Below, piece after piece: positions 1-8,136 of a stretch of 32,000 nucleotides of DNA. Under the pieces are notes generated by a model, which had not been told where the DNA came from, made no database searches, and was given only the letters and a program-made list of their open reading frames with translations. Positions within the stretch are counted from its first letter, which is position 1, and each line of letters opens with the position of its first letter. The DNA lies in assembly GCA_016196885.1 (NCBI GenBank), contig JACPWU010000021.1, positions 30,001 to 62,000 on the forward strand, written 5' to 3'. Source of the DNA: Chlamydiota bacterium (GTDB lineage Bacteria; Auribacterota; JACPWU01). The translations under genes and the position numbers were made by a program.

Positions 1-1036
1 GCGCGTGCGGCTCCTGGTCGAGCAACATCTGGTCATGTCTCATCTGTCGCAAAGAAGAGATCTCTCGGAAGAAAAAGTGATCATTGATTTTTCACAAAAG
101 GTGGTGGATGTAGAAAATCTAAAAATGCTTCAGCTCTTGACTTTTGCGGACTGGCGGGCGACCAGCGAAGACGTTTGGACTGAATGGCGAGAGGCCCTTT
201 TATGGGAGCTTTTTTATAAAACCAAGCGCTACCTGGAAGAAAAGGTGATTTTGCTCCCCTCAGAGATAGATGCCATGAAGGAATCGCACCTCGAGATTCT
301 CACCCAAAAGGGCTTCTCTCGAGAGACCCTTATAAACCATCTGGAAACGCTGCCCGTCCATTATCTTCAGGCGTATCGTTCTGAAACCATCGCCGAACAT
401 ATCAAGATGATTGAAGCACTTCAAAATCAAGACCCCCAAATCCATTGGGACTATCATGAAAAAACCAATGTCACGGACCTGACCATCTGCACGCGAGATC
501 ATCTGGGACTTTTTTCGGAAATGGCGGGGGTGATTGCAAGCCAAGAAGTGAACATTTTGAGCGCTCATATCTTCACGCGAAAAGATGGTTTCATTCTGGA
601 TAAATTCTCCCTGGAAAACCGTTACGAAAAGGGCATGCTCGACGAGCGGACACGTCAGAAAGTGGAAGAAGGAATGAGGAAGGTTTTGAAACGCACGGTG
701 ACGGTGGAAAGCTTTTTAAGGGCCCACACATCTCAAAAAATGACTGCCAAGAAGGCACAAGCCTTGATTAAATTTGACAACGAAACCAGCCTTGCCACCA
801 CTGTCGTGGAAATTCAAACGGATGATGAAGTGGGATTTCTCTATAAGGTCACGCGAACGTTTTCAAAGCTGGGACTCAACATTCACCTGGCCAAAATTGC
901 GACGGAAAAAGCTCAAATATTGGATGTCTTTTACATCACCGATTTTGACGGAAAGAAAATTGACCACCCCAAGGTTCAAAAAGCGATTCAAGAAGAGCTT
1001 CAAAAAGCCATCCAAAGCCCGTTGGAAGAGATTTAA
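1..1036 (+). CDS. glnD: [Protein-PII] uridylyltransferase/uridylyl-removing enzyme GlnD, C-terminal part (5' end lies outside the window)
   Basis: The frame is open from the window edge (same frame as ORF 5..1036, whose first codon is only a GTG). The translation ends in two ACT-type modules (DLTICTRDHLGLFSEMAGVIASQEVNILSAHIFT... and TVVEIQTDDEVGFLYKVTRTFSKLGLNIHLAKIATE...), preceded by the helical linker typical of GlnD. Confidence 0.8.
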   Translation, partial: RVRLLVEQHLVMSHLSQRRDLSEEKVIIDFSQKVVDVENLKMLQLLTFADWRATSEDVWTEWREALLWELFYKTKRYLEEKVILLPSEIDAMKESHLEILTQKGFSRETLINHLETLPVHYLQAYRSETIAEHIKMIEALQNQDPQIHWDYHEKTNVTDLTICTRDHLGLFSEMAGVIASQEVNILSAHIFTRKDGFILDKFSLENRYEKGMLDERTRQKVEEGMRKVLKRTVTVESFLRAHTSQKMTAKKAQALIKFDNETSLATTVVEIQTDDEVGFLYKVTRTFSKLGLNIHLAKIATEKAQILDVFYITDFDGKKIDHPKVQKAIQEELQKAIQSPLEEI

Positions 1037-1192
1037 CCCAGATTTTGCAATAGACGCGAGAACCGCTTATTTTTCATTCCCCTCGTTCACAACATTTTCC
1101 TAAAAAACCATGGCCCAAATAGAGATCAATTGTTATCATTTTCCAAAGCCTAAAGTCTTTTTAGGGATTCTTGAAAAAATTCATGAGACAAC

Positions 1193-1966
1193 ATGAATCA
1201 GAAAAAACCTACTCAAACCCATTGGGATGCCGTCTCCAAATGGTACGACCAGAAAGTCGGGAAAGAGGGCTCTGAGTATCACATGGAGGTTTTGATCCCC
1301 GGTCTTCTTCAAATGCTTCAGCCCCGAAAAGGGGAAAAAATCCTGGATCTGGGTTGCGGACAGGGAGTTCTTTGTCGGACCTTGGCCAAAGAAGGTGTGC
1401 ACATGACCGGCATTGACGCCAGTCCCCTCCTCATTGAAAGTGCCAAACGCTATCCTGAAGGAAAAAATTTGATTCATTATCAAGCGCACGAAGCCCAAAG
1501 TTTGAAAGGGATTCCAGACACCTGTTTTGATGCCGTGGTTTCTCTCTTGGCCATTCAGAATATGAATCCGTTAGAATCCGTCATGAAAGAAGTCACACGT
1601 GTGGTTAAAAAAAGGGGGCATTTGCTCTGGGTTCTCAACCATCCTTGTTTTCGCATCCCGAAGGCATCTCACTGGGGTTTCGATGAAGAGGAAAAAATTC
1701 AGTATCGAAGAGTCGACCGCTATTTAAGCCTGATGAAAGTTCCCATTCAAATGCATCCAGGGGAAAAACCGGATGTCGTGACCTGGTCTTTTCATCGCCC
1801 GCTTTCTTTTTATTTTGAATTGTTTGCCTCATTTGGCTGGGCGGTGACAGGACTTGAAGAATGGACTTCTCATAAGAAGAGTGAGCCGGGACCCCGCGCT
1901 AAAGCTGAAGATCGTGCCCGGTTAGAAATTCCGCTTTTTCTGGCAATCGGGGCAGAGAAAAGTTAA
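1193..1966 (+). CDS. Class I SAM-dependent methyltransferase (Methyltransf_11-like)
   Basis: 257-aa ORF with an ATG start. SAM-binding motif I is ILDLGCGQGVL, followed by an acidic loop (GIDAS) and a VVSLLAIQNM post-I region. Confidence 0.8.
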   Translation: MNQKKPTQTHWDAVSKWYDQKVGKEGSEYHMEVLIPGLLQMLQPRKGEKILDLGCGQGVLCRTLAKEGVHMTGIDASPLLIESAKRYPEGKNLIHYQAHEAQSLKGIPDTCFDAVVSLLAIQNMNPLESVMKEVTRVVKKRGHLLWVLNHPCFRIPKASHWGFDEEEKIQYRRVDRYLSLMKVPIQMHPGEKPDVVTWSFHRPLSFYFELFASFGWAVTGLEEWTSHKKSEPGPRAKAEDRARLEIPLFLAIGAEKS

Positions 1967-2002
1967 GAGAACCCGTGTATTTTTGAACAACCCCCCAAAC
2001 GC

Positions 2003-2420
2003 TGTCATTTCGAACGAGCCAAGGCGAGTGAGAAATCTTGTTTTTAACGCTAGCCCACGTTTCATCTGAAAATAGTCTTTAGTTATTCTTATACAATAAG
2101 TTATGATGACTTGTAGTCGCCCGATTCATCGGGCAGCCCCATAAATGGGGCGACTACAAGGGTGATTTTCATCCCCCTTTGTGACGGACAGTCATGGCCG
2201 CGCGAGGAACGCCTGAGTCCGCCTTGGATGCGAGGAAGACGCTCCGTGCCATGTGAGGCGTATTTTACAGTACGTCGAGCACGGCCGACCTCTCTTGCGA
2301 CGCCAGACGAGGCGGACTTGGCGCTCGCAGCAGAAATGTGATGAGAAATGTGGGCCAGAAGAAAGATTTCTCAGTCGGGCATCCCGATGTAGCATCGGGA
2401 TGCTCTTCTTCGAAATGACA
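2003..2420 (+). repeat. Composite non-coding repeat bounded by perfect 12-bp terminal inverted repeats (TGTCATTTCGAA / TTCGAAATGACA)
   Basis: The TIRs are at 2003-2014 and 2409-2420. The interior has a ~148-nt module (2052-2199), nearly identical to the reverse complement of 25313-25460, and a GC-rich structured module (about 2196-2350). It also contains an 11-bp hairpin GCATCCCGATG-tag-CATCGGGATGC (2379-2403). It fills the space between convergent genes, and the only ORF over it (2192..2395) is Arg-rich junk. Confidence 0.6.
2110..2160. repeat. Y-shaped (three-way junction) palindromic repeat, copy 1
   Basis: CTTGTAGTC-[GCCCGA ttca TCGGGC]-A-[GCCCCA taaa TGGGGC]-GACTACAAG: a 9-bp closing stem enclosing two adjacent 6-bp hairpins. 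Related copies are at 12139-12210, 25014-25070 and 25352-25402. Confidence 0.7.
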
Positions 2421-2437
2421 TGAGAGGGAGTTTTTTA

Positions 2438-3220
2438 CTATTTCACGACATTTTGTCGGAGAATATATTCATCCACTTCTCTTCGCGTGAGCTGCCGCGT
2501 TTCTCCTACTTTCAAATCTCCAATTTCCAAATTTCCAATCGCCACTCGCCGAAGTTTCGAAACCTCTGATCCTACCGCTTCCAGCATCTTACGTATTTGG
2601 CGATTTTTCCCTTCCTTCAGAGTCATTTCAAGCCACGTACTGGCCTCATTTGTTTTTAGAATGTGACACTGACAGGGTTGAGTAAAAGCACCTTTATCCA
2701 ATTTAACGCCTGAACGAAGCCTTTTGATTTGATCCTCACTCAATTTTCCCCGAGCCTTGACTTCGTAAGTTTTGGGAATCCCATATTCATGATTCGTCAA
2801 AACTTCCCCTAGCTCTGTGTCGTTTGTGAAAAATAAAAGGCCGGTGGTATTGGCATCCAAGCGCCCCACCGGAAAAACTCGAACGCTTAATTTAGGAAGA
2901 AATTGATAGACCGTTGTTCGGCCTTCAGGATCTTGAGCGGTCGTGATTACATCCAAAGGTTTATTGAGAACGAGGTAAATTTTAACTTGAGACCGGGCAA
3001 TCTTGCCATCCCATTCAATCACATCCTCTTCCACCCACGTTCGATGCTCCGGATCTCTCACCACCCGGTGATTCACCTTCACGCGACCGGCACGAATCCA
3101 CTGACCTGCCTCACTGCGAGAAACAATTCCCAATTTCGAAAGGACCCTGGCCAAGCCGTGTCCACCCCTTCTTTCAGGCGTTCTAGATTTTTCTTTGGAA
3201 TAAAATTTTTTATGCCTCAT
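2438..3220 (-). CDS. RNA pseudouridine synthase, RsuA/RluB family (S4 domain plus catalytic domain)
   Basis: 260-aa ORF with an ATG at 3220. It has an S4-like N-terminus (LARVLSKLGIVSRSEAGQWIRAGRVKVN) and the catalytic motif PVGRLDANTTGLLFFTND. Its start overlaps the 3' end of tsaC by 11 nt, indicating an operon. Confidence 0.85.
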   Translation of the reverse strand: MRHKKFYSKEKSRTPERRGGHGLARVLSKLGIVSRSEAGQWIRAGRVKVNHRVVRDPEHRTWVEEDVIEWDGKIARSQVKIYLVLNKPLDVITTAQDPEGRTTVYQFLPKLSVRVFPVGRLDANTTGLLFFTNDTELGEVLTNHEYGIPKTYEVKARGKLSEDQIKRLRSGVKLDKGAFTQPCQCHILKTNEASTWLEMTLKEGKNRQIRKMLEAVGSEVSKLRRVAIGNLEIGDLKVGETRQLTRREVDEYILRQNVVK

Positions 3221-4190
3221 TTTTTTGACCCGCCGCCTTTCGAAGACGATTCATGATGGCTCGTCCCAATCCTTCTTCTGGGACCCTTTCTGCATCAATT
3301 TCCTGAAGTCCTGCATCATCCAAATGGTGGAGCGCGGAAAATAAATTTGCAGCTGCCTCTTTAAAATCCCCACTCACAGACAAAATTTCAATATGCCCGT
3401 AATGAAGAGAACGTGAAGGAGCTCGAAAACACAGAAGCCCTATTTTCTCTGAAGCATTTTCTCTATATTGACCTCTTGAAATAAGGTTTACACGGGTTCT
3501 GGGCGAATAATGTCGCGCCATTTGACCTGGGGCTAAAATAGACGAAGGATTTTCAATACCCTCTCTTACAGGGCCAATCACTTTTTCAATTTTTTCAAGC
3601 ACCCATCCCCCCGGTCTCAAAAGACAAGGCACCTTTTGGCTGAAATCTATAATCGTGGACTCTACACCGATTGAACAAGGACCGCCATCCAAAATGAGAT
3701 CAACCTTTTCTCCAATTTGATCCATCACATGCTGCGCGGTTGTCGGGCTTAAATATTCAAAAGGATTTGCGCTGGGCGCCGCAATCGGACACTTGCTCTG
3801 GCGAATCAAATCCAGTGCGATCGGGTGGTTCGGTATCCGCAGCGCCACAGAAGGAAGTCCGGCCGTCACAATGTCTGGAACGATTTTTTTCTTTGGGAGA
3901 ATCACCGTCAAAGGGCCCGGCCAAAACTTCTCCATTAATTTTTTAGCCTTTTCAGGAATAGAAGCAGCCAATGAATCTATTTGAGAGAAATCTGCTACAT
4001 GAACAATAATGGGGTCCAATCGAGGCCGATTCTTTACTTCAAAAATTTTCGCCACCGCCATGGGATCCAACGCATTGGCCCCCAAACCATACACGGTTTC
4101 CGTTGGAAAAGCGACCAATCCACCTTGCTGAATCAAAAGGGCCGCTTGATGAAGAATTTTGGGGGAAGAATTAACCAAATGAACTGTCAT
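3210..4190 (-). CDS. tsaC: L-threonylcarbamoyladenylate synthase (Sua5/YwlC-type TsaC with C-terminal Sua5 domain)
   Basis: YrdC-fold signature GGLVAFPTETVYGLGANA, KIFEVKNRP and a long C-terminal domain. I place the start at the ATG at 4190 (MTVHLVNSS...) with AAGGA upstream. The track ORF start at 4274 would translate through repeat element A. Confidence 0.85.
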   Translation of the reverse strand: MTVHLVNSSPKILHQAALLIQQGGLVAFPTETVYGLGANALDPMAVAKIFEVKNRPRLDPIIVHVADFSQIDSLAASIPEKAKKLMEKFWPGPLTVILPKKKIVPDIVTAGLPSVALRIPNHPIALDLIRQSKCPIAAPSANPFEYLSPTTAQHVMDQIGEKVDLILDGGPCSIGVESTIIDFSQKVPCLLRPGGWVLEKIEKVIGPVREGIENPSSILAPGQMARHYSPRTRVNLISRGQYRENASEKIGLLCFRAPSRSLHYGHIEILSVSGDFKEAAANLFSALHHLDDAGLQEIDAERVPEEGLGRAIMNRLRKAAGQKNEA

Positions 4191-4205
4191 AATAAAATTT
4201 TCCTT

Positions 4206-4368
4206 GAGAAGTGGGTGGTCCGACTGGGGGTCCCCCGACAAGCGCCAGCAGGTGGAGTCAACGGCTTCTAACAATAACCTATCAAGAACTGACCCGACAC
4301 CGACCCCACAGGGGGGCTATAACCTCTGTGCCGTTGTCGGGGGTGAGGAGGAACAGGACCCACTTCTC
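4206..4368 (-). repeat. Structured intergenic repeat, copy A (candidate cis-RNA element inside the suf-tsaC transcript)
   Basis: It shares about 110 conserved nt with 4940-5089. The outer stem is GAGAAGTGGGT (4206-4216) / ACCCACTTCTC (4358-4368). The long-range stem is CCCCCGACAA (4232-4241) / TTGTCGGGGG (4334-4343). It fills the sufT-tsaC spacer almost exactly. Confidence 0.55.
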
Positions 4369-4372
4369 ATCT

Positions 4373-4921
4373 TTAAAACCCCAACTGCAACTTCGCCGCC
4401 TCTGACATCATGCTCATATTCCAAGGGGGATCCCACACCCATTGCACATCGGCGTCTCTCACCCCTGGAATGCTTAAAATCTTGGTCTTTGCATCGGTCG
4501 CAAGGATAGACCCCATTCCGCAACCTGGCGCCGTCAAAGTCATTTTAACTTCAACCTTATTTCCACCTTCAGCCAAAGGCATGACACGGCAATCATAAAC
4601 CAAACCCAACTCTACAATATTAATGGGAATCTCGGGATCAAAACAGGTTCTTAATTGATCCCAAACCATTTTTTCAATATCCGCCCCCTCTGAAGCTTGA
4701 GGAGCTCTTGCCTCTGGTGGAATTTCTTTTCCAAGCGCGTCTGCATCCTTTCCCTCAATTCTCACCATGTAAAGCTCAGGCGTAATCACCGTGTAAGAAC
4801 CGCCCAAAGTTTGAGTGAGGGTGACCACCGAGCCACAACGCAGCATCATGGGCGTCCCATCCGGTATCTGAATAGCCGGGCAGTCCCGCGTTAAACTAAC
4901 TCGTTCTTGTGTTTTCATCAT
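4373..4921 (-). CDS. sufT: Fe-S cluster assembly protein SufT (N-terminal domain plus DUF59/MIP18-like domain)
   Basis: 182-aa ORF with GGAGG 8 nt upstream of ATGATG. The DUF59 core is DPEIPINIVELGLVYD...MTLTAPGCGMG. It sits in the suf operon after sufU. Confidence 0.75.
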   Translation of the reverse strand: MMKTQERVSLTRDCPAIQIPDGTPMMLRCGSVVTLTQTLGGSYTVITPELYMVRIEGKDADALGKEIPPEARAPQASEGADIEKMVWDQLRTCFDPEIPINIVELGLVYDCRVMPLAEGGNKVEVKMTLTAPGCGMGSILATDAKTKILSIPGVRDADVQWVWDPPWNMSMMSEAAKLQLGF

Positions 4922-4939
4922 TCACTCTACCTCCAACAA

Positions 4940-5089
4940 AGCGGGTGTCCCGACTGGGGGTCCCCCACTGTGCGCCAGCAGGTGGAGTCCTACATCTCCT
5001 TACTTCCATATGTGACTTTCCCGACACCGACCCCACAGGGGCTATAACCTCTGTGCCGACAGTGGGGGTGAGGAGGGACAGGCCCCGCT
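4940..5089 (-). repeat. Structured intergenic repeat, copy B (same family as 4206-4368)
   Basis: The outer stem is AGCGGG (4940-4945) / CCCGCT (5084-5089). The long-range stem is CCCCCACTGT (4972-4981) / ACAGTGGGGG (5059-5068). The conserved blocks are identical to copy A. It fills the sufU-sufT spacer. Confidence 0.55.
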
Positions 5090-5096
5090 ACCTTAA

Positions 5097-5558
5097 TTAC
5101 ACATTATCCTCTGTCGTCACGGCCTGACCCCTTTTTCCCAGGGCTGCCTTCAAGGTATGCCAAGCCAGCGTGGCACATTTTACCCGTGTGGGATATTCCG
5201 AGACACCGGAAAAAACAGCCAATTTACCCAGTAATTTTAAATCGAAACCAGCGTTTGTCGGACCCGAAAGCATTTTGTGAAAATTTTGGAACAATAGAAG
5301 AGCCTCCTGCTTCGTCTTGCCTTTTACCCCTGTCGTCATCATCGATGCCGAGGATTTCGAAATTGCGCAACCCGATCCTTGAAAACCGATGTCCTGGATT
5401 TGATCCCCTTTCATTTGCAAATAAAGATTCAGACGATCCCCACACAAAGGGTTATAGCCTTCCGCCACATGATCCGCATTTTCAATCGCATGAAAGTTGC
5501 GGGGATTTTTGTTATGATCCAAAATCATTTCTTGATAGAGTTCATTTAATTCGCTCAT
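5097..5558 (-). CDS. sufU: SUF-system NifU/IscU-like Fe-S scaffold/sulfur-transfer protein SufU
   Basis: 153 aa with LYQEMILDHNKNPRN, NPLCGD, GSGCAISKSSASMM and a C-terminal CATLAW motif. The ATGA overlap with the sufS stop is at 5555-5558. Confidence 0.85.
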   Translation of the reverse strand: MSELNELYQEMILDHNKNPRNFHAIENADHVAEGYNPLCGDRLNLYLQMKGDQIQDIGFQGSGCAISKSSASMMTTGVKGKTKQEALLLFQNFHKMLSGPTNAGFDLKLLGKLAVFSGVSEYPTRVKCATLAWHTLKAALGKRGQAVTTEDNV

Positions 5559-6850
5559 CCAAAAATCTCCGTCACATGCCCAAGCGCCTCAACCATCACG
5601 TCAATTTCAGAGCGAGTATTGTAAAGCGCAAAAGAGGCCCTCACCGTAGCAGGAACCCCCAGAAAATCCATGAGCGGCATGGTACAGTGATGCCCCGCTC
5701 GCAGTGCCACCCCGGCTCGATCCAACACGGTTCCTACATCATGGGCATGAACAAGGTCAAAGACAAAGGAAACAATGCCAGCGCGATCAGAGGGTTCTCC
5801 CACCAAACGCAAAGTCGGCACCGATAAAAGCAATTTCACACCATAAGTTACAAGATCTTTTTCATGCACCGCGATCGCCTCCAAACCCACACTTCGAATG
5901 TAATCCAAGTAAAGCGTCTTCTCAAATGTGACACGGCTGATCATGTCACCGCCTCCCTGATAGGGCGGCATTTTTTCAAGCCGTTCTTTCTTTCCATAAA
6001 GAACGCCAATGCCCGTGGGACCATAAATTTTATGCCCCGAAAAAACATAAAAATCTGCGTCCAGCACCTGCACATCCACTTTTAAATGGGCCACTGCTTG
6101 GGCCCCATCTACCAAAACAGGAATACCTTTGGCATGGGCCATTTGAATCATTTTTTGGACAGGATTCACCGTCCCTAGTGCATTGGAAACATGAACGATC
6201 GAAACTAATTTTGTCCGAGCATTCAAAAGTCGCTCATATTCCTCTAATAAAAGTTCACCCTTCTTATTGATAGGAATGACGCGCAGCTTCGCACCCATTT
6301 GCTCACACAACATTTGCCAAGGAACAATGTTGGAATGGTGTTCCATTGCAGAAATCAAAATTTCGTCACCCGCTTTTAAAAAAGTGCGCCCGAAACTTTG
6401 TGCAACCAAGTTAATGGCCTCCGTTGTTCCACGTACGAAAACAATCTCACACACCTCTTTTGCATGGATGAAGCGTTGAACTTTCCCCCGAGCCGCTTCA
6501 TAATCCTGCGTGGCCCTTTCGCTCAAAAAATGAATGCCGCGATGAATATTCGCATTCTCATCTGAATAATATTGATTCAGAACGTCAATGACCCACAGAG
6601 GTTTTTGCGTCGTCGCTGCATTGTCCAAATAAACGAGCGGCTTCCCATAAATTTTCTGCCTCAAAATGGGAAAATCCTGCCGCAGCCTCTTGACATCGAG
6701 AGAGGATGGACATAACGCACTACCTGATACATCGTTAACCCCTCCAACTCCCCTTGGATAACGGGAGAACTCCCCTCTTATTCTAAGAGGGGCTGGGGGA
6801 GTTAATTCATTTTCACCCTTTGAATGGGCCATTTTTCCCCTTGCCTTCAT
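5555..6850 (-). CDS. sufS: Cysteine desulfurase SufS (class V aminotransferase) with an unusual ~45-aa N-terminal extension
   Basis: FPIL...IYLDNAATTQKP, the PLP-lysine context SGHKIYGPTGIG, and RAGHHCTMP around the active-site Cys. The ATG at 6850 forms an ATGA overlap with the sufD stop. There is no in-frame ATG, GTG or TTG between 6832 and the conserved core. Confidence 0.9.
   Translation of the reverse strand: MKARGKMAHSKGENELTPPAPLRIRGEFSRYPRGVGGVNDVSGSALCPSSLDVKRLRQDFPILRQKIYGKPLVYLDNAATTQKPLWVIDVLNQYYSDENANIHRGIHFLSERATQDYEAARGKVQRFIHAKEVCEIVFVRGTTEAINLVAQSFGRTFLKAGDEILISAMEHHSNIVPWQMLCEQMGAKLRVIPINKKGELLLEEYERLLNARTKLVSIVHVSNALGTVNPVQKMIQMAHAKGIPVLVDGAQAVAHLKVDVQVLDADFYVFSGHKIYGPTGIGVLYGKKERLEKMPPYQGGGDMISRVTFEKTLYLDYIRSVGLEAIAVHEKDLVTYGVKLLLSVPTLRLVGEPSDRAGIVSFVFDLVHAHDVGTVLDRAGVALRAGHHCTMPLMDFLGVPATVRASFALYNTRSEIDVMVEALGHVTEIFG
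6735..6806 (-). repeat. Small palindromic repeat embedded in the sufS 5' coding region (family shared with 23922-23968)
   Basis: It contains the hairpin CCCCTCTTA-ttc-TAAGAGGGG (6772-6792), flanked by AACTCCCC (6746-6753) / GGGGAGTT (6796-6803). The 20-mer AAGAGGGGCTGGGGGAGTTA recurs with a 1-nt indel at 23949-23967. Confidence 0.6.
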
Positions 6851-8127
6851 AGCAACCTTCCCAACAACACCTCCTCCACCCTCTGCCGCACCGGCTCCAG
6901 CCGAATCTGATCCGTCACTTCATGCATAAACCCATAGGTTAAAAGCCTTCGAGCGGCTGCCTCCCCCAACCCTCGGGTCTTCAAATAAAAAAGGGGCTCT
7001 TCTTCCAATTGACCCACAGCAGCTCCATGCGTACACTTCACATCATCCGCCAAAATTTCCAATTGGGGTCTTGTGTCCACTTTGGCATCCTTTGAAAGCA
7101 AAAGATTTTGATTGGTCTGCTGTGCATCCGTTTTTTGAGCGCCGTGCCTCACCAAAATCTTTCCATAAAAAACGGCCGTGGACCGCCCCGACAAGACGCC
7201 TTTATAAAGCTGACGGCTGGTTCCCTGAGGAAAGGCATGATCCACAAAAGTGGTGTTATCCACATGCTGGCCTTCTTCTGTCCAATAAAGCCCATTTGAA
7301 ACACACTCACTGCCTTCCCCGCGAAGGGTCATATTTAAATCATTGCGAACCAACTTTCCAGAAAGGGTGGCAACGGCATGAGAAAAAAAACTGTTCCGTT
7401 CTTGGTTCACATAAGAAGACCCGATGTGAAATGCTTTTCCCCCTTGTTTCTGGATTTGAATCAACTCTAGCCTGGCCCCTTCTTTCAAAACCATTTCTGT
7501 TAAAGGACTCGAGAAATAAACTTCTCCATCCAACCCCACATGACTTTCCACCACGGTCGCTTCACTGTGCTCATTCAACACGAAAAGATTTCTTGGGAAA
7601 ATGGCCTCAGGCCTCTGGCAAGAATAAATAAAAAGAAAATGAATCGGATGCTGGATTTTAGCCCCTTTCGGAATTTCCAAAAAAAGCCCCTCTTGAAAAA
7701 GAGCCGTGTTTAAAGCATCCAACGGCTTTTCTTTTCTCTCTTGGTCGAAATATTTTTGAAAACTTTTTTCATGGACAGCTTCTCTTAAAGATTTTATCTG
7801 GAGCCCTTGAGATTTTCGGGAAAGAGACTCCGTATAAAACCCATTCACAAAAACCAAACGGTCTGCGGGTAAATCTTCTAAGAAGAGAGGCCCTGGGGAG
7901 AGAGGCAAAGAAGGAGGGTGAAAAGAAATTTCGTAAGGGGTATTCACCACCTGTGAAACATCCGTATATTTCCACTCTTCCCTCTCTTGAGTCGGGAAGC
8001 CCAGAGGGGAAAATTGGTCAAAGGCTTTTTGACGAAGGGCTCGAAGGAAAGAGCCCTCCTTTTGCCTTTGAAGAAATTCAAAGGCTGAAACAAAAGAATC
8101 CATTTTAGAAACGAACCCAGCGCTCAC
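6847..8127 (-). CDS. sufD: Fe-S cluster assembly protein SufD
   Basis: 426 aa in the suf operon between sufC and sufS. A C-terminal beta-helix region resembles SufB/SufD (QQTNQNLLLS..A.VDTRPQLEI.ADDVKCTHGAAVG). The GTG at 8127 lies 5 nt after GAGGAGG; an alternative ATG is at 8103. Confidence 0.85.
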   Translation of the reverse strand: MSAGFVSKMDSFVSAFEFLQRQKEGSFLRALRQKAFDQFSPLGFPTQEREEWKYTDVSQVVNTPYEISFHPPSLPLSPGPLFLEDLPADRLVFVNGFYTESLSRKSQGLQIKSLREAVHEKSFQKYFDQERKEKPLDALNTALFQEGLFLEIPKGAKIQHPIHFLFIYSCQRPEAIFPRNLFVLNEHSEATVVESHVGLDGEVYFSSPLTEMVLKEGARLELIQIQKQGGKAFHIGSSYVNQERNSFFSHAVATLSGKLVRNDLNMTLRGEGSECVSNGLYWTEEGQHVDNTTFVDHAFPQGTSRQLYKGVLSGRSTAVFYGKILVRHGAQKTDAQQTNQNLLLSKDAKVDTRPQLEILADDVKCTHGAAVGQLEEEPLFYLKTRGLGEAAARRLLTYGFMHEVTDQIRLEPVRQRVEEVLLGRLL

Positions 8128-8136
8128 AACGCCTCC

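Noticed and set aside
2192-2395. 67-aa minus-strand ORF in the methyltransferase/pseudouridine-synthase spacer
   Set aside because: It lies entirely within the GC-rich structured repeat module. The translation is Arg/Ser/Cys-rich low-complexity sequence with no SD. The homologous repeat copy at 25 kb does not preserve the frame.
2005-2420. tRNA-like or T-loop sequences suggested by TTCGAA motifs
   Set aside because: The TTCGAA hexamers are part of the terminal inverted repeats. No acceptor, anticodon or T-arm cloverleaf can be drawn around them.
4191-4274. Longer N-terminus for tsaC (track ORF start at 4274)
   Set aside because: The extra 28 codons are the translation of repeat element A. 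The ATG at 4190 has an AAGGA SD, and the conserved YrdC fold begins right after it.
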